From the NCBI GenBank assembly GCA_035535855.1, contig DATLPH010000002.1:1-48046 (forward strand): 48,046 bases of DNA, given 5' to 3'. Position 1 is the first letter of the stretch. The number at the start of each line of letters is the position of its first letter. Source of the stretch: Gaiellaceae bacterium (GTDB lineage: Bacteria; Actinomycetota; Thermoleophilia; Gaiellales; Gaiellaceae). This document shows, one piece after another, positions 39,961-48,046 of this stretch. The position numbers were made by a program, and so were the translations under genes. The notes beneath the pieces are model-generated. The model was not told the origin of the DNA and ran no database searches. It was given only the letters and a program-made list of their open reading frames with translations.

Positions 39961-41084
39961 GCACCTTCGAGCTGGAAGCGGCCGACGGCGCCGCGCGCAC
40001 GGGCTTCCTCCGCACCGCTCACGGCGAGCTCCGCACGCCGGCCTTCATGCCCGTCGGCACCAAGGCCACGGTCAAGGCTGTCGACCCGGACGAGCTCGAG
40101 CAGCTCGGCGCCGAGATTCTGCTCTGCAACACCTACCACCTGCACTTCCGCCCCGGCGCCGACCTGATCGCCGAGCTCGGCGGTCTGCACCGGTTCATGG
40201 CCTGGAACGGCCCGATCCTCACCGACTCCGGCGGCTTCCAGGTCTTCTCGCTCCGGCACACGATCCTGCGGCAGGACGACGAGGGCGTCACCTTCCGCTC
40301 GGTCTACGACGGCGACGAGGCGCGCTTCACGCCCGAGCACGCGGCGCAGGTCCAGGCGCAGCTCGGCTCGGACATTGCGATGTGCCTGGACGTCGTTCCG
40401 CCGCCGGAGGTCCCGCGCGCCGAGCTCGCCGAGGCCGTCCGCCGCACGACGCTCTGGGCCAAGCGCCAGCATCAGGCCAAGCGCGCGCCCAGCCAGCTCC
40501 TGTTCGGAATCGCCCAGGGCGGCACCGACCGCGAGCTGCGCCGTCGCAGCGTCGAGGAGATCGGCCAGATCGGCTTCGACGGCCACGCCCTCGGCGGCCT
40601 GGCGATCGGCGAGTCGCGCGAGGAGATGCTCGACACGACCGCCTGGGCGACCGAGCTCCTGCCCGGGAACCGGCCGCGCTACTTCATGGGCATCGGCGAC
40701 CCCGTCGGCATCCTCGAAGTGATCGAGCGCGGGATCGACATGTTCGACTGCGTGCTCCCGACCCGCAACGCGCGCACCGGCTCCGCCCTGACCTGGGAGG
40801 GTCAGCTCAACATCAAGGGCGCACGCTTCGCCCGCGACCCGCGCCCGCTCGACGAGGACTGCGCTTGTCCCGCCTGCACGCGCTTCTCGCGCGCGTACGT
40901 GCGGCACCTCCTCAACCAGCAGGAGATCCTGGGGCTGCGCCTCCTGAGCCTGCATAATTTGCGCTTCCTGCTCGACCTCGTCGCCGGCGCGCGTGCCGCG
41001 ATCGAGCGAGGCGAGCTCGGATCGTTCAAGGAGCAGGCGCTGGCGCGGTTGCGGCGCTCCGAGGAGGCAACGTGGGCTATGTGA
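39957..41084 (+). CDS. tgt: queuine tRNA-ribosyltransferase
   Basis: The start is ATG at 39957. Motifs are TPAFMPVGT, LCNTYHL, ILTDSGGFQV, the GLAIGE nucleophile-region motif and the zinc motif CACPAC...H. Confidence 0.93.
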   Translation: MSTFELEAADGAARTGFLRTAHGELRTPAFMPVGTKATVKAVDPDELEQLGAEILLCNTYHLHFRPGADLIAELGGLHRFMAWNGPILTDSGGFQVFSLRHTILRQDDEGVTFRSVYDGDEARFTPEHAAQVQAQLGSDIAMCLDVVPPPEVPRAELAEAVRRTTLWAKRQHQAKRAPSQLLFGIAQGGTDRELRRRSVEEIGQIGFDGHALGGLAIGESREEMLDTTAWATELLPGNRPRYFMGIGDPVGILEVIERGIDMFDCVLPTRNARTGSALTWEGQLNIKGARFARDPRPLDEDCACPACTRFSRAYVRHLLNQQEILGLRLLSLHNLRFLLDLVAGARAAIERGELGSFKEQALARLRRSEEATWAM

Positions 41085-41377
41085 TCGCTCTTATCGCGCT
41101 GTTCGGGCTGATGTACCTCCTGCTCATCCGGCCCCAGCGCCGGCGGCAGCACGAGCAGAGCCAGATGCAGGAGACCCTCACGCCGGGCACCGAGATCCTC
41201 ACCGCCGGTGGCATCCACGGGACGGTCCAGTCGATCGAGGACGAGATCGTGCTCCTGGAGATCGCGCCCGGCACGATCGTCCGCCTCGACCGCCGCGCGG
41301 TCGCCGGGATCGCGGAGGAATCCGAGCCCGAAGGAGAAACCGAGGCGGAGAGCCCGGTCTCGACCGGCGAAAGCTAA
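41072..41377 (+). CDS. yajC: preprotein translocase subunit YajC
   Basis: It has a single TM helix, then LLIRPQRRRQ and GDEILTAGGIHG-like (GTEILTAGGIHGTV) motifs. GAGGAGG lies 4 nt upstream of GTG 41072. GTG 41081 (GTGA overlap with tgt) is an alternative start. Confidence 0.88.
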   Translation: MGYVIALIALFGLMYLLLIRPQRRRQHEQSQMQETLTPGTEILTAGGIHGTVQSIEDEIVLLEIAPGTIVRLDRRAVAGIAEESEPEGETEAESPVSTGES

Positions 41378-41395
41378 TCTGTCCCGACTCTCGGC

Positions 41396-44137
41396 GTGTC
41401 GAACCGACGTTCTCATCTGATCCTGGTTGGCCTGATCGTGGCCGCGCTCGTGGGCGTGATGGCCATGGCCGTGCCCAGCTCGCCCGTGCACAAGAAGGTC
41501 GTCCTCGGCCTCGATCTGCAGGGCGGGCTCGAGGTCGTGCTGAAGGCGGTCCCGCCGAAGGGGAAGAGCTGCGACGACGCCTGCATGGAGCGCTCGATCT
41601 CGATCATGCGCAGCCGCATCGACAAGCTCGGCGTCTCGGAGCCCGAGATCCGCAAGCAGGGCAAGAACCAGATCGTGATCCAGCTCGCCGGGGTCCACGA
41701 CGCCAACAAGGCGGCACAGATCATCGGCAGCACCGCCCAGCTGCAGTTCTACGACCTCGAGAACGACGTCGTCGGCCCCTCGAACGACGGCAGCGGCAAC
41801 CCCGTCGCCACGGCCAACCTCTTCCAGCTGCTGACGAAGGTCCAGGGCGACGCGAAGAAGGGGACGCCTTCCGCCTACTACCTCTTCAACCCGAAGAAGA
41901 AGCTCGTCAACGGCCCCGCGGACACGCAGAAGAAGCTGCTCGACACGCCCAGGCTGAAGGGCAAGCTGCCCAAGGGCTACACCGTCCTCGCCGTGCCGGA
42001 GAAGATGACCGTGATCACGTGCGAGACGGCCACGGGCTGTGTCGGCGCCCCGCAGACCGTGACGTCTCCGACGGTCTACTACCTCTTCAGGTTCGACCCA
42101 CCCCGGGTGCCGGAGGCGACCGGCAAGGACCTGAAGCTCTCGGGCATCCAGGCCGACATCAGCACCCAGGGCCAGGGCAACGTCGTGCGGCTCGACTTCA
42201 CCGGTGAGGGCAGGAGCAAGTTCCACGCCATCACGCGCGCGGAGGCGCAGCGTGGCCAGATCGCGGCAAACGCCGCGGGCCAGACCGGAAGCGACCTGAA
42301 CACGGTCCTCCAGTTCGCCCAGCACTTCGCGATCGTGCTCGACGGCGACCTCAAGTCGACGCCGTACATCGACTACAAGCAGAACCCGGACGGAATCGAC
42401 CCCGTCGGCGGCGGCGGCGCCGAGATCTCGAACATCGGGAGCTTCGGCGAGGCGAAGGACCTGGCGCTCGTCCTCCAGACCGGTGCGCTACCGGTCGACT
42501 TCACGCCGCTCGAGCGCACCGACGTCTCCGCCACGCTCGGCAAGGACTCGCTCAAGGAGGCGAAGCTCGCCGCGCTGATCGGCCTGCTGCTCGTGGCCGT
42601 GTTCCTGCTCGTGCTCTACCGCTTCCTCGGCGTCGTCGCTGTGATCGGGCTCGGCATCTACGCCGCCTTCCTCTACGCGGCGATCCTCCTCTTCAACGTC
42701 ACGATGACGCTGCCGGGCTTCGCCGGCCTGATCCTCACGATCGGAGTCGCGGCCGACGCGAACGTCGTCGTCTTCGAACGGATCAAGGAAGAAGTGCGGT
42801 CCGGGAAGTCCGTGCGCGCCGCCATCCAGGCCGGCTACGCCAAGGGCTTCCACACGATCATCGACGCCAACGTCGTGACCGTGATCACGGCGATGGTGCT
42901 CTTCGCCGTCGCGACCGCCGGCGTGAAGGGCTTCGCGCTGATGCTGATGATCGGAACGGTGATCTCGCTGGTCACCGCGGTCGCGGCCACGCGCGCGATG
43001 CTCGGCCTGCTCGCCGGCTTCCGCTGGTTCGAGAACCCGCGCTTCATGGGCGCGGCCGGCCAGCAGGGCGCGAAGTGGCTGCAGATCGACTTCATGCGCC
43101 GGCGCTACCTCTGGTTCGCGATCTCGGGCGCGATCGTCGTGATCGCGATCGGCGCCCTCGCGATCAGGGGCCTCAACCTCGGCATCGACTTCGAGGGCGG
43201 CACGCAGGTGACGTTCACGACGCCGAAGCCGGTCTCGCTCGCGTCCGTTCGCACGCAGGCAACGAAGTTCGCCGCAGAGCCGGTCGTCCAGGGCCGCGGC
43301 AAGAGCTTCAACAGCGACCAGTACCGGAGCTTCCAGATTCGTCTGCGCTCGCTGAACGGGCCGGAAACAAGCGCGCTCAAGAGCGACATCCAGACGGAAT
43401 TCAGCAGCGCCTCGCTCCAGATCCAGACCGTCTCGGCGAGCTTCGGGAGGCAGATCGCGCGAGGGGCGATCATCGCGATCCTCTTCTCGCTGCTCCTGAT
43501 CATCCTCTACATCGCGATCCGGTTCGACTTCAAGTTCGCGGTACCGGTGATCGTCGCGCTGGTCCACGACATCGTGATCACGATCGGCGTCTATGCGTTG
43601 CTCGGGCGGGAGGTCTCGAACTCCACCGTCGCCGCGGTCCTGACCGTGCTCGGCTACTCGATCTACGACACGATCATCATCTTCGACCGCATCAGGGAGA
43701 ACATCCCGCTGATGCGGCGCGCGCCGTTCGCCACGATCGCGAACGTCTCGCTCTGGGAGACGATCCGCCGCTCGCTGGCGACGACCTTCATCACGCTGCT
43801 GCCGGTCATGTCGCTGCTGATCTTTGGCGGCGCGACGCTGCAGGACTTCGCGTTCGCGCTGCTCGTCGGGATCGCCTCGGGAGCGTACTCCTCGATCTTC
43901 ATCGCGGCGCCGCTGCTCACGATCTCGAAGGAGCGCGAGCCTGAGTACGCGCGGCGAATCGGCCAGGAGCCGAGCGGCGATAGCCAGGCGATGCTCGATG
44001 CCGCCGAGGAGGCTGCGGCCGCAGAGCCGACGCCCGAGCTCTCGCCGGTCGGAGCCGTCGAGCGCGTCGCCGACCAGGCAAAGCGGGAACGGCGCCGCCA
44101 GCGTCGGCGTGCACGCCCTCATGGCCGCGCCCGCTGA
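41396..44137 (+). CDS. secDF: fused protein-export membrane protein SecD-SecF
   Basis: The 913-aa ORF has a SecD periplasmic domain plus a 6-TM block (GLILTIGVAADANVVVFERIKEE). A SecF block follows (LGIDFEGGT, VHDIVITIGVYAL, YSIYDTIIIFDRIREN). Confidence 0.92.
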   Translation: MSNRRSHLILVGLIVAALVGVMAMAVPSSPVHKKVVLGLDLQGGLEVVLKAVPPKGKSCDDACMERSISIMRSRIDKLGVSEPEIRKQGKNQIVIQLAGVHDANKAAQIIGSTAQLQFYDLENDVVGPSNDGSGNPVATANLFQLLTKVQGDAKKGTPSAYYLFNPKKKLVNGPADTQKKLLDTPRLKGKLPKGYTVLAVPEKMTVITCETATGCVGAPQTVTSPTVYYLFRFDPPRVPEATGKDLKLSGIQADISTQGQGNVVRLDFTGEGRSKFHAITRAEAQRGQIAANAAGQTGSDLNTVLQFAQHFAIVLDGDLKSTPYIDYKQNPDGIDPVGGGGAEISNIGSFGEAKDLALVLQTGALPVDFTPLERTDVSATLGKDSLKEAKLAALIGLLLVAVFLLVLYRFLGVVAVIGLGIYAAFLYAAILLFNVTMTLPGFAGLILTIGVAADANVVVFERIKEEVRSGKSVRAAIQAGYAKGFHTIIDANVVTVITAMVLFAVATAGVKGFALMLMIGTVISLVTAVAATRAMLGLLAGFRWFENPRFMGAAGQQGAKWLQIDFMRRRYLWFAISGAIVVIAIGALAIRGLNLGIDFEGGTQVTFTTPKPVSLASVRTQATKFAAEPVVQGRGKSFNSDQYRSFQIRLRSLNGPETSALKSDIQTEFSSASLQIQTVSASFGRQIARGAIIAILFSLLLIILYIAIRFDFKFAVPVIVALVHDIVITIGVYALLGREVSNSTVAAVLTVLGYSIYDTIIIFDRIRENIPLMRRAPFATIANVSLWETIRRSLATTFITLLPVMSLLIFGGATLQDFAFALLVGIASGAYSSIFIAAPLLTISKEREPEYARRIGQEPSGDSQAMLDAAEEAAAAEPTPELSPVGAVERVADQAKRERRRQRRRARPHGRAR

Positions 44138-44447
44138 GCTCCGAGAGATCGCGGAGAAGCTCGTCCTCGCGGGCGTCGGCGCGGTCGCGCTGACCGCCGA
44201 ACGGGCGGATGCGCTTGCGGAGGAGCTCTCCGCGCGCGGCGGCATCGGCCGCGAGGAGGCCCGGGCGGTCGTCGAGGAGCTGGTCGGCCGCTGGCGCAGC
44301 GAGACGGTGCGTCTCGGCGAGCGGACCGGCGCGGGGCTCGCCGGGGTCTTCCACGAGCTGGGCCTCGTCACGCGGGACGAGCTCGAGGAGATCGAGCTCC
44401 GGCTCGCCCAGCTCGAGCACCGGCTGCGGCTGCTCGAGAGCCCGTGA
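44121..44447 (+). CDS. phasin-like/PHA-regulator-like small helical protein (tentative)
   Basis: The ATG at 44121 overlaps the secDF end by 17 nt. The sequence is EKLVLAGVGAVALTAERADALAEELSARGGIGREEARAVVEEL...ELEEIELRLAQLEHRL. GC3 is high. Confidence 0.5.
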   Translation: MAAPAELREIAEKLVLAGVGAVALTAERADALAEELSARGGIGREEARAVVEELVGRWRSETVRLGERTGAGLAGVFHELGLVTRDELEEIELRLAQLEHRLRLLESP

Positions 44448-45136
44448 ACCCGCTCGCGCGGCTGAAGACTGCGGAGGGCGGCTGGGCGATCGGCCGCCTG
44501 TTCGTCCCGCGGATCGCGGTGCTGCTTGCGCCCGCGGCCGGCTACGGCGTCGAGCGGATCCCGCTGGAGGGCGGCGGCGTGGTGGCGGCGAACCACTTCT
44601 CCGGCATCGACCACCCGCTGATCGGTGGCTTCTGCCCGCGGATCATCTACTTCCTCGCCAAGGCCGAGCTGATGGCGGTTCCCGTGGTCGGCGCGGCGCT
44701 CGGGTGGCTCGGCGTCTTCGGCGTCCGCCGTGGGGAGGGCGATCGCGACGCGCTGCGCCGGGCGCGCGAGCTCGCCCGCGACGGGAATCTGGTCGGCGTT
44801 CACCTCGAGGGCACGCGGCAGCGCTTCGGCCACCCGGGCGTGATGCAGCCCGGCGGCCTGATGATCGCGATGCAAGAAGGCGTGCCGGTGATCCCGTGCG
44901 GGCTCGACACCTTCGGCTGGTCGCCGCTGAACCGGCGCAAATGCGCCGTCGTCTGGGGCGAGCCGATGAGGCTCGACGACCTGCCGCGCAATCGCAAGGG
45001 CTACGCGCAGGCAGCCGAGCGCGTAGGCGCCGAGATCGTCCGCTTGTGGCGGCTGGCGGTGGAAGCCTCGGCCGCGGGACTGCCGCCGGCGCTACCGGAC
45101 GGCTCTCGCCGCAGCGGGATCAACCCGAAGCCCTGA
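44444..45136 (+). CDS. plsC: 1-acyl-sn-glycerol-3-phosphate acyltransferase family
   Basis: The GTG start forms a GTGA overlap. The NHFSGIDHP (HxxxxD) and LEGTR motifs are present. Confidence 0.85.
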   Translation: MNPLARLKTAEGGWAIGRLFVPRIAVLLAPAAGYGVERIPLEGGGVVAANHFSGIDHPLIGGFCPRIIYFLAKAELMAVPVVGAALGWLGVFGVRRGEGDRDALRRARELARDGNLVGVHLEGTRQRFGHPGVMQPGGLMIAMQEGVPVIPCGLDTFGWSPLNRRKCAVVWGEPMRLDDLPRNRKGYAQAAERVGAEIVRLWRLAVEASAAGLPPALPDGSRRSGINPKP

Positions 45137-45161
45137 CGGCCGCTGCTGTCACACTGAGCCC

Positions 45162-46826
45162 ATGGCGAGCACGGCCAGCCGGAACCTCGGGCGGATCTCC
45201 GAGATCGCCCAGGTCGCGGTCAAGCACGGCTTCGGCTACTTCTTCGAGACCCACCGCCTGACCGATCTCCTCCCGGGCCGGCCGAAGCTCGACGAGAGCG
45301 TTACGCCGTCCCAGCGTGGTCAGCACCTGCGCGAGATGCTGGACGAGCTCGGTCCGACCTTCGTCAAGTTCGGGCAGCTCCTCTCGACCCGTCCCGACGT
45401 CGTCCCGCCCGACATCGTCGTCGAGCTGCAGGGTCTGCAGGACGCGGTCCGGCCGTTCCCCTACGAGGACGTCGAGCGCGTGATCCGCGAAGACCTCGAG
45501 CTCTCCATCGAGCAGCTCTTCACCGAGTTCGACCCGACCCCGGTCGCGGCCGCGTCGATCGGCCAGGTGCACCGCGCGACCCTGCCGAACGGCCGGCGCG
45601 TGGCCGTCAAGGTGCAAAGGCCCAACGCGCCGCGCCAGATCGAGGCCGATCTCTCGCTCCTCTACCAGGCCGCGCGCCTGATCAAGGAACGCGTCAGGGC
45701 CCTCGAGTTCATCGACCCGCGGCAGCTGGTCGACGAGTTCGCGCGCTCGATCCGCCAGGAGCTCGACTACCGCCTCGAAGCGCGTAACGCCGAGTCCTTC
45801 CACCACCGCTTCTCGGGCCACCCACACGTGCGCATTCCAAGCGTCTACTGGAGCTACACGCGTACGCGCGTGCTCACGCTCGAGCTGCTCGAGGGGATCC
45901 AGCTGGCCGACCTGCCGCTCGACGCGTGGGAGATGGAGGAACGCCGCCGCCTCGCGTACCTGATGGCCGACACCTGGATGACCATGATCTTCCGGCACGG
46001 GCTCTTCCACGGCGACCCGCACCCGGCGAACATCTTCGTCCTCGGCGACGCGGAGCACATCGGGATCGTCGACTTCGGCCAGGTCGGGAAGCTGACCGAC
46101 GAGGACCACTCGAAGCTGACCCGGCTTTTCATCGATGCCGCCAACGAGCGCATCGACGCGCTGCCGCGCCGGCTCGCGGAGCTCGGTGTCCGCTACCCGA
46201 AGGAGCGCGAGGACGAATTCGTCCACGAGCTGCAGGAGATGTACTCGCGCTACTACGGGGCGAGCCTGTCGGAGATCGACCCGCTGCAGGTGATCCGCGA
46301 GGCGTTCCAGCTGATCTACCGGCTCAACCTGCGTCTGCCCACGCGCTTCGTGATGCTCGACAAGGCGATCGCGACGCTCGGCTCGGTCGGCGTCGAGCTC
46401 TATCCGGACTTCAACGTCTTCGAGGTCGCGAAGCCGTACGCGCGCAGCCTGATGCTCGAGCGCTACACCCCGCAGCGCGTGCTCAAGCGGGCGCGGGTCG
46501 AAGGGATCGAGCTCGCCCGCATCGCGCGCGACATGCCCTACCAGGTGAGCGACTTCCTCGAGCAGGCCCGCGACGGCCAGATCGAGGTCGGCTTCGTCCA
46601 CAAGGGCCTCGACGAGTTCATGCGGAAGCTCGACGTCGCCTTCAACCGGCTGGTGATCGCGCTCGTCGTCGTCGGCGGCCTGATCGGCTCGAGCCTGATC
46701 GGGATCTTCTCGACGCAGGGCCCGCAGATTGCCGGCGTGAACTTCATCTCGTTCATCGGGTTCGTCCTCTCGGTCGTGCTTGGCCTCTGGCTGCTGTGGG
46801 GCGTGCTCCGCTCCGGGCGGCTGTAG
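45162..46826 (+). CDS. ABC1/UbiB-family atypical kinase with a C-terminal TM anchor
   Basis: The 554-aa ORF has [37 protein letters not shown] and [11 protein letters not shown] motifs, plus C-terminal TM helices. Confidence 0.9.
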   Translation: MASTASRNLGRISEIAQVAVKHGFGYFFETHRLTDLLPGRPKLDESVTPSQRGQHLREMLDELGPTFVKFGQLLSTRPDVVPPDIVVELQGLQDAVRPFPYEDVERVIREDLELSIEQLFTEFDPTPVAAASIGQVHRATLPNGRRVAVKVQRPNAPRQIEADLSLLYQAARLIKERVRALEFIDPRQLVDEFARSIRQELDYRLEARNAESFHHRFSGHPHVRIPSVYWSYTRTRVLTLELLEGIQLADLPLDAWEMEERRRLAYLMADTWMTMIFRHGLFHGDPHPANIFVLGDAEHIGIVDFGQVGKLTDEDHSKLTRLFIDAANERIDALPRRLAELGVRYPKEREDEFVHELQEMYSRYYGASLSEIDPLQVIREAFQLIYRLNLRLPTRFVMLDKAIATLGSVGVELYPDFNVFEVAKPYARSLMLERYTPQRVLKRARVEGIELARIARDMPYQVSDFLEQARDGQIEVGFVHKGLDEFMRKLDVAFNRLVIALVVVGGLIGSSLIGIFSTQGPQIAGVNFISFIGFVLSVVLGLWLLWGVLRSGRL

Positions 46827-46895
46827 AAATCTCGACGCAGTTCCGCGCGAAAGGACATCTGGCGGGGCTGGAGAGGCACCGCTAGCTTCGTCTCC

Positions 46896-47729
46896 ATGTC
46901 GCAGGCGCTGCTCCTCGCCGAGGCCGAGCCGGGAACGCGGGAGTTCCTTGAGCGGCACCTGGCGAGCGACGGCTTCTCGGTTTTGGGGACGGACGCGGGG
47001 CGCGAGGCGCTCGAGTTGGTCGAGCGCGAGCGTCCCGACCTCGTGCTCGTCGGCGGCCTCTCGGACGCACCCGCGCTCGAGGTGTGCCGCGTCCTGCGCG
47101 AAGGCGAGCCGGGGCGCTCCTGGGACCGCGACGTGCCCTTGATCGTCCTCGGCGAGGCGCGCTCGTCGGATCCGGTGGATCGCGTGCACGCCTTCGAGCG
47201 CGGCTGCGACGACTTCGTCCCGCGGCCGTTCCACTACGAGGAGCTTGTCGCGCGCATCCACGCGGTCCTGCGACGGGCGCAACCGGGCGTGCGGGAACGG
47301 CTGGCCGCCGGACCGGTGGCGATCGACCGCGCGACGCGGCGAGTCACCGTCCACGGCTTCGCGGTTGCGCTGGCGGCGAAGGAGTACGAGCTGCTGGTCA
47401 AGCTCGCGACCGAGCCGACGCGCGTCTTCACGAAGGAGGAGCTGTTGCGCGACGTCTGGGGCTTCAGATCGCTTGGGCGAACGCGCACGCTCGACTCGCA
47501 CGCCTCGCGCCTGCGACGCAAGCTCGGCCAGGCCGGCGCTTCCGACTGCGTGCTCAACGTCTGGGGCGTGGGTTACTCCCTGCTAGGTAGTGGGACGAGC
47601 ACCGATCCGCTGCCCCGGCTGTACGTCGGTACTGATCGCCCACGAGGCGAAGGTGTGTCGGCACGCATAGACGCTGCGATGCTCGATCCCGGCCCGCTCG
47701 CAGCGCAGGCGTCCAAACAGGCACGCTAG
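46896..47729 (+). CDS. atypical OmpR-family regulator with a degenerate (pseudo-)receiver domain
   Basis: A winged-helix C-terminus is present (KEYELLVKLATEP...VWGVGYSL). Receiver fold positions are all substituted: LLLAEAEPG for the acidic pair, DLVLVGGLSD for DLxLLD-, IVLGE for the Thr/Ser, and VPRPF for KPF. A roughly 50-aa C-terminal extension has lower GC3. Confidence 0.8.
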   Translation: MSQALLLAEAEPGTREFLERHLASDGFSVLGTDAGREALELVERERPDLVLVGGLSDAPALEVCRVLREGEPGRSWDRDVPLIVLGEARSSDPVDRVHAFERGCDDFVPRPFHYEELVARIHAVLRRAQPGVRERLAAGPVAIDRATRRVTVHGFAVALAAKEYELLVKLATEPTRVFTKEELLRDVWGFRSLGRTRTLDSHASRLRRKLGQAGASDCVLNVWGVGYSLLGSGTSTDPLPRLYVGTDRPRGEGVSARIDAAMLDPGPLAAQASKQAR

Positions 47730-47766
47730 CTCAGGAGGCCGTTCTGCCTGAGATGTTTATGTGTTG
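47730..47766 (+). terminator. possible intrinsic terminator
   Basis: The CTCAGG...CCTGAG stem (47730-47735 / 47747-47752) starts directly after the stop codon. It is followed by T-rich ATGTTTATGTGTTG. The stem is short and the loop is long. Confidence 0.3.
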
Positions 47767-47905
47767 TAGATATGGACAGACCGGTCTGACTACACGGACC
47801 GCGTTCGGAGCAGTGCTTCCCAGTTCTGCCTGTATCGGGTCACGGTGGTTTGCGAGGGGATGGGTCTGAGTCCTCCGCCGTAATCGATCCACGAGGAGGC
47901 TCCAC

Positions 47906-48046
47906 ATGGCAGCAACCGAAGCCGCTGAGCGGCGGCGCATGCATGCGTCGTCCAGCGAGACTCGTCGGACGACCGACGAGACCAAGCACGCGCTCAAGAC
48001 GACCGAGTTCTTTGCGATGGTCGGCGTTATCGGGGCGATCCTGATC
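47906..48046 (+). CDS. hypothetical membrane protein (partial; N-terminal 47 aa only)
   Basis: The ATG at 47906 follows GAGGAGG at about 7 nt. The sequence is MAATEAAERRRMHASSSETRRTTDETKHALKTTEFFAMVGVIGAILI..., running into a TM helix at the window edge. Confidence 0.55.
   Translation, partial: MAATEAAERRRMHASSSETRRTTDETKHALKTTEFFAMVGVIGAILI

Noticed and set aside
42488-44875. 795-aa minus-strand ORF across secDF, the phasin-like gene and plsC
   Set aside because: It is antisense to well-supported genes on the plus strand. The composition is low-complexity (R, D, E, H, A runs) with no family motifs.
45120-47501. 793-aa minus-strand ORF across the ABC1 kinase and the atypical regulator
   Set aside because: It is an antisense shadow ORF. 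The plus-strand genes have clear kinase and wHTH motifs and the expected GC3 pattern.
47731-47997. 88-aa minus-strand ORF at the right end
   Set aside because: It has low GC3 and an odd composition. It runs antisense through the strong SD and start of the plus-strand partial gene at 47906.

Overview
A 48,046-bp, very GC-rich (about 70%) chromosomal window. Strong GC3 bias lets real genes be separated from the many long antisense shadow ORFs. I support about 55 protein-coding genes, packed tightly, many joined by 1-4 nt start/stop overlaps (GTGA, ATGA, TGATG, TAGTG). By eye I found no rRNA, tRNA, CRISPR array, transposase or integrase. Gene content and the apparently frequent leaderless promoters suggest Actinomycetota, possibly a Thermoleophilia- or Rubrobacteria-like lineage; this is inference only. 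Content is mostly housekeeping: queuosine genes queG, queA and tgt; yajC and a fused secDF; hpt; mntH; a PiT phosphate transporter; a thiolase/hbd/aldehyde dehydrogenase cluster; two OmpR/histidine kinase modules; an M23 peptidase; and plsC. The most interesting locus is a translationally coupled operon at about 13.4-20.2 kb. It runs PhoU-like DUF47, PiT phosphate transporter, metallophosphoesterase, cyclic 2,3-diphosphoglycerate (cDPG) synthetase homologue, 2-phosphoglycerate kinase homologue, a divergent GlpX-like phosphatase, then GFA, DUF59 and GNAT genes. This is a candidate bacterial version of the methanogen cDPG thermoprotectant/phosphate-storage pathway. Other notable items are: a perfect 28-bp AT-rich palindrome at the mntH promoter; a CcmE with a CxxxY (Cys instead of His) heme motif; a fused PafB-PafC-like double-WYL regulator; a nucleotide cyclase-STAND-TPR protein; a response regulator lacking every phosphorylation residue; three genes whose only plausible starts are non-canonical codons in 4-nt overlaps (ATAG, CTGA, CTGA); and several divergent gene pairs with 18-59 bp intergenic spacers carrying back-to-back TANNNT boxes. 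All functional calls come from motif recognition by eye and memory of protein families. No database search was run.
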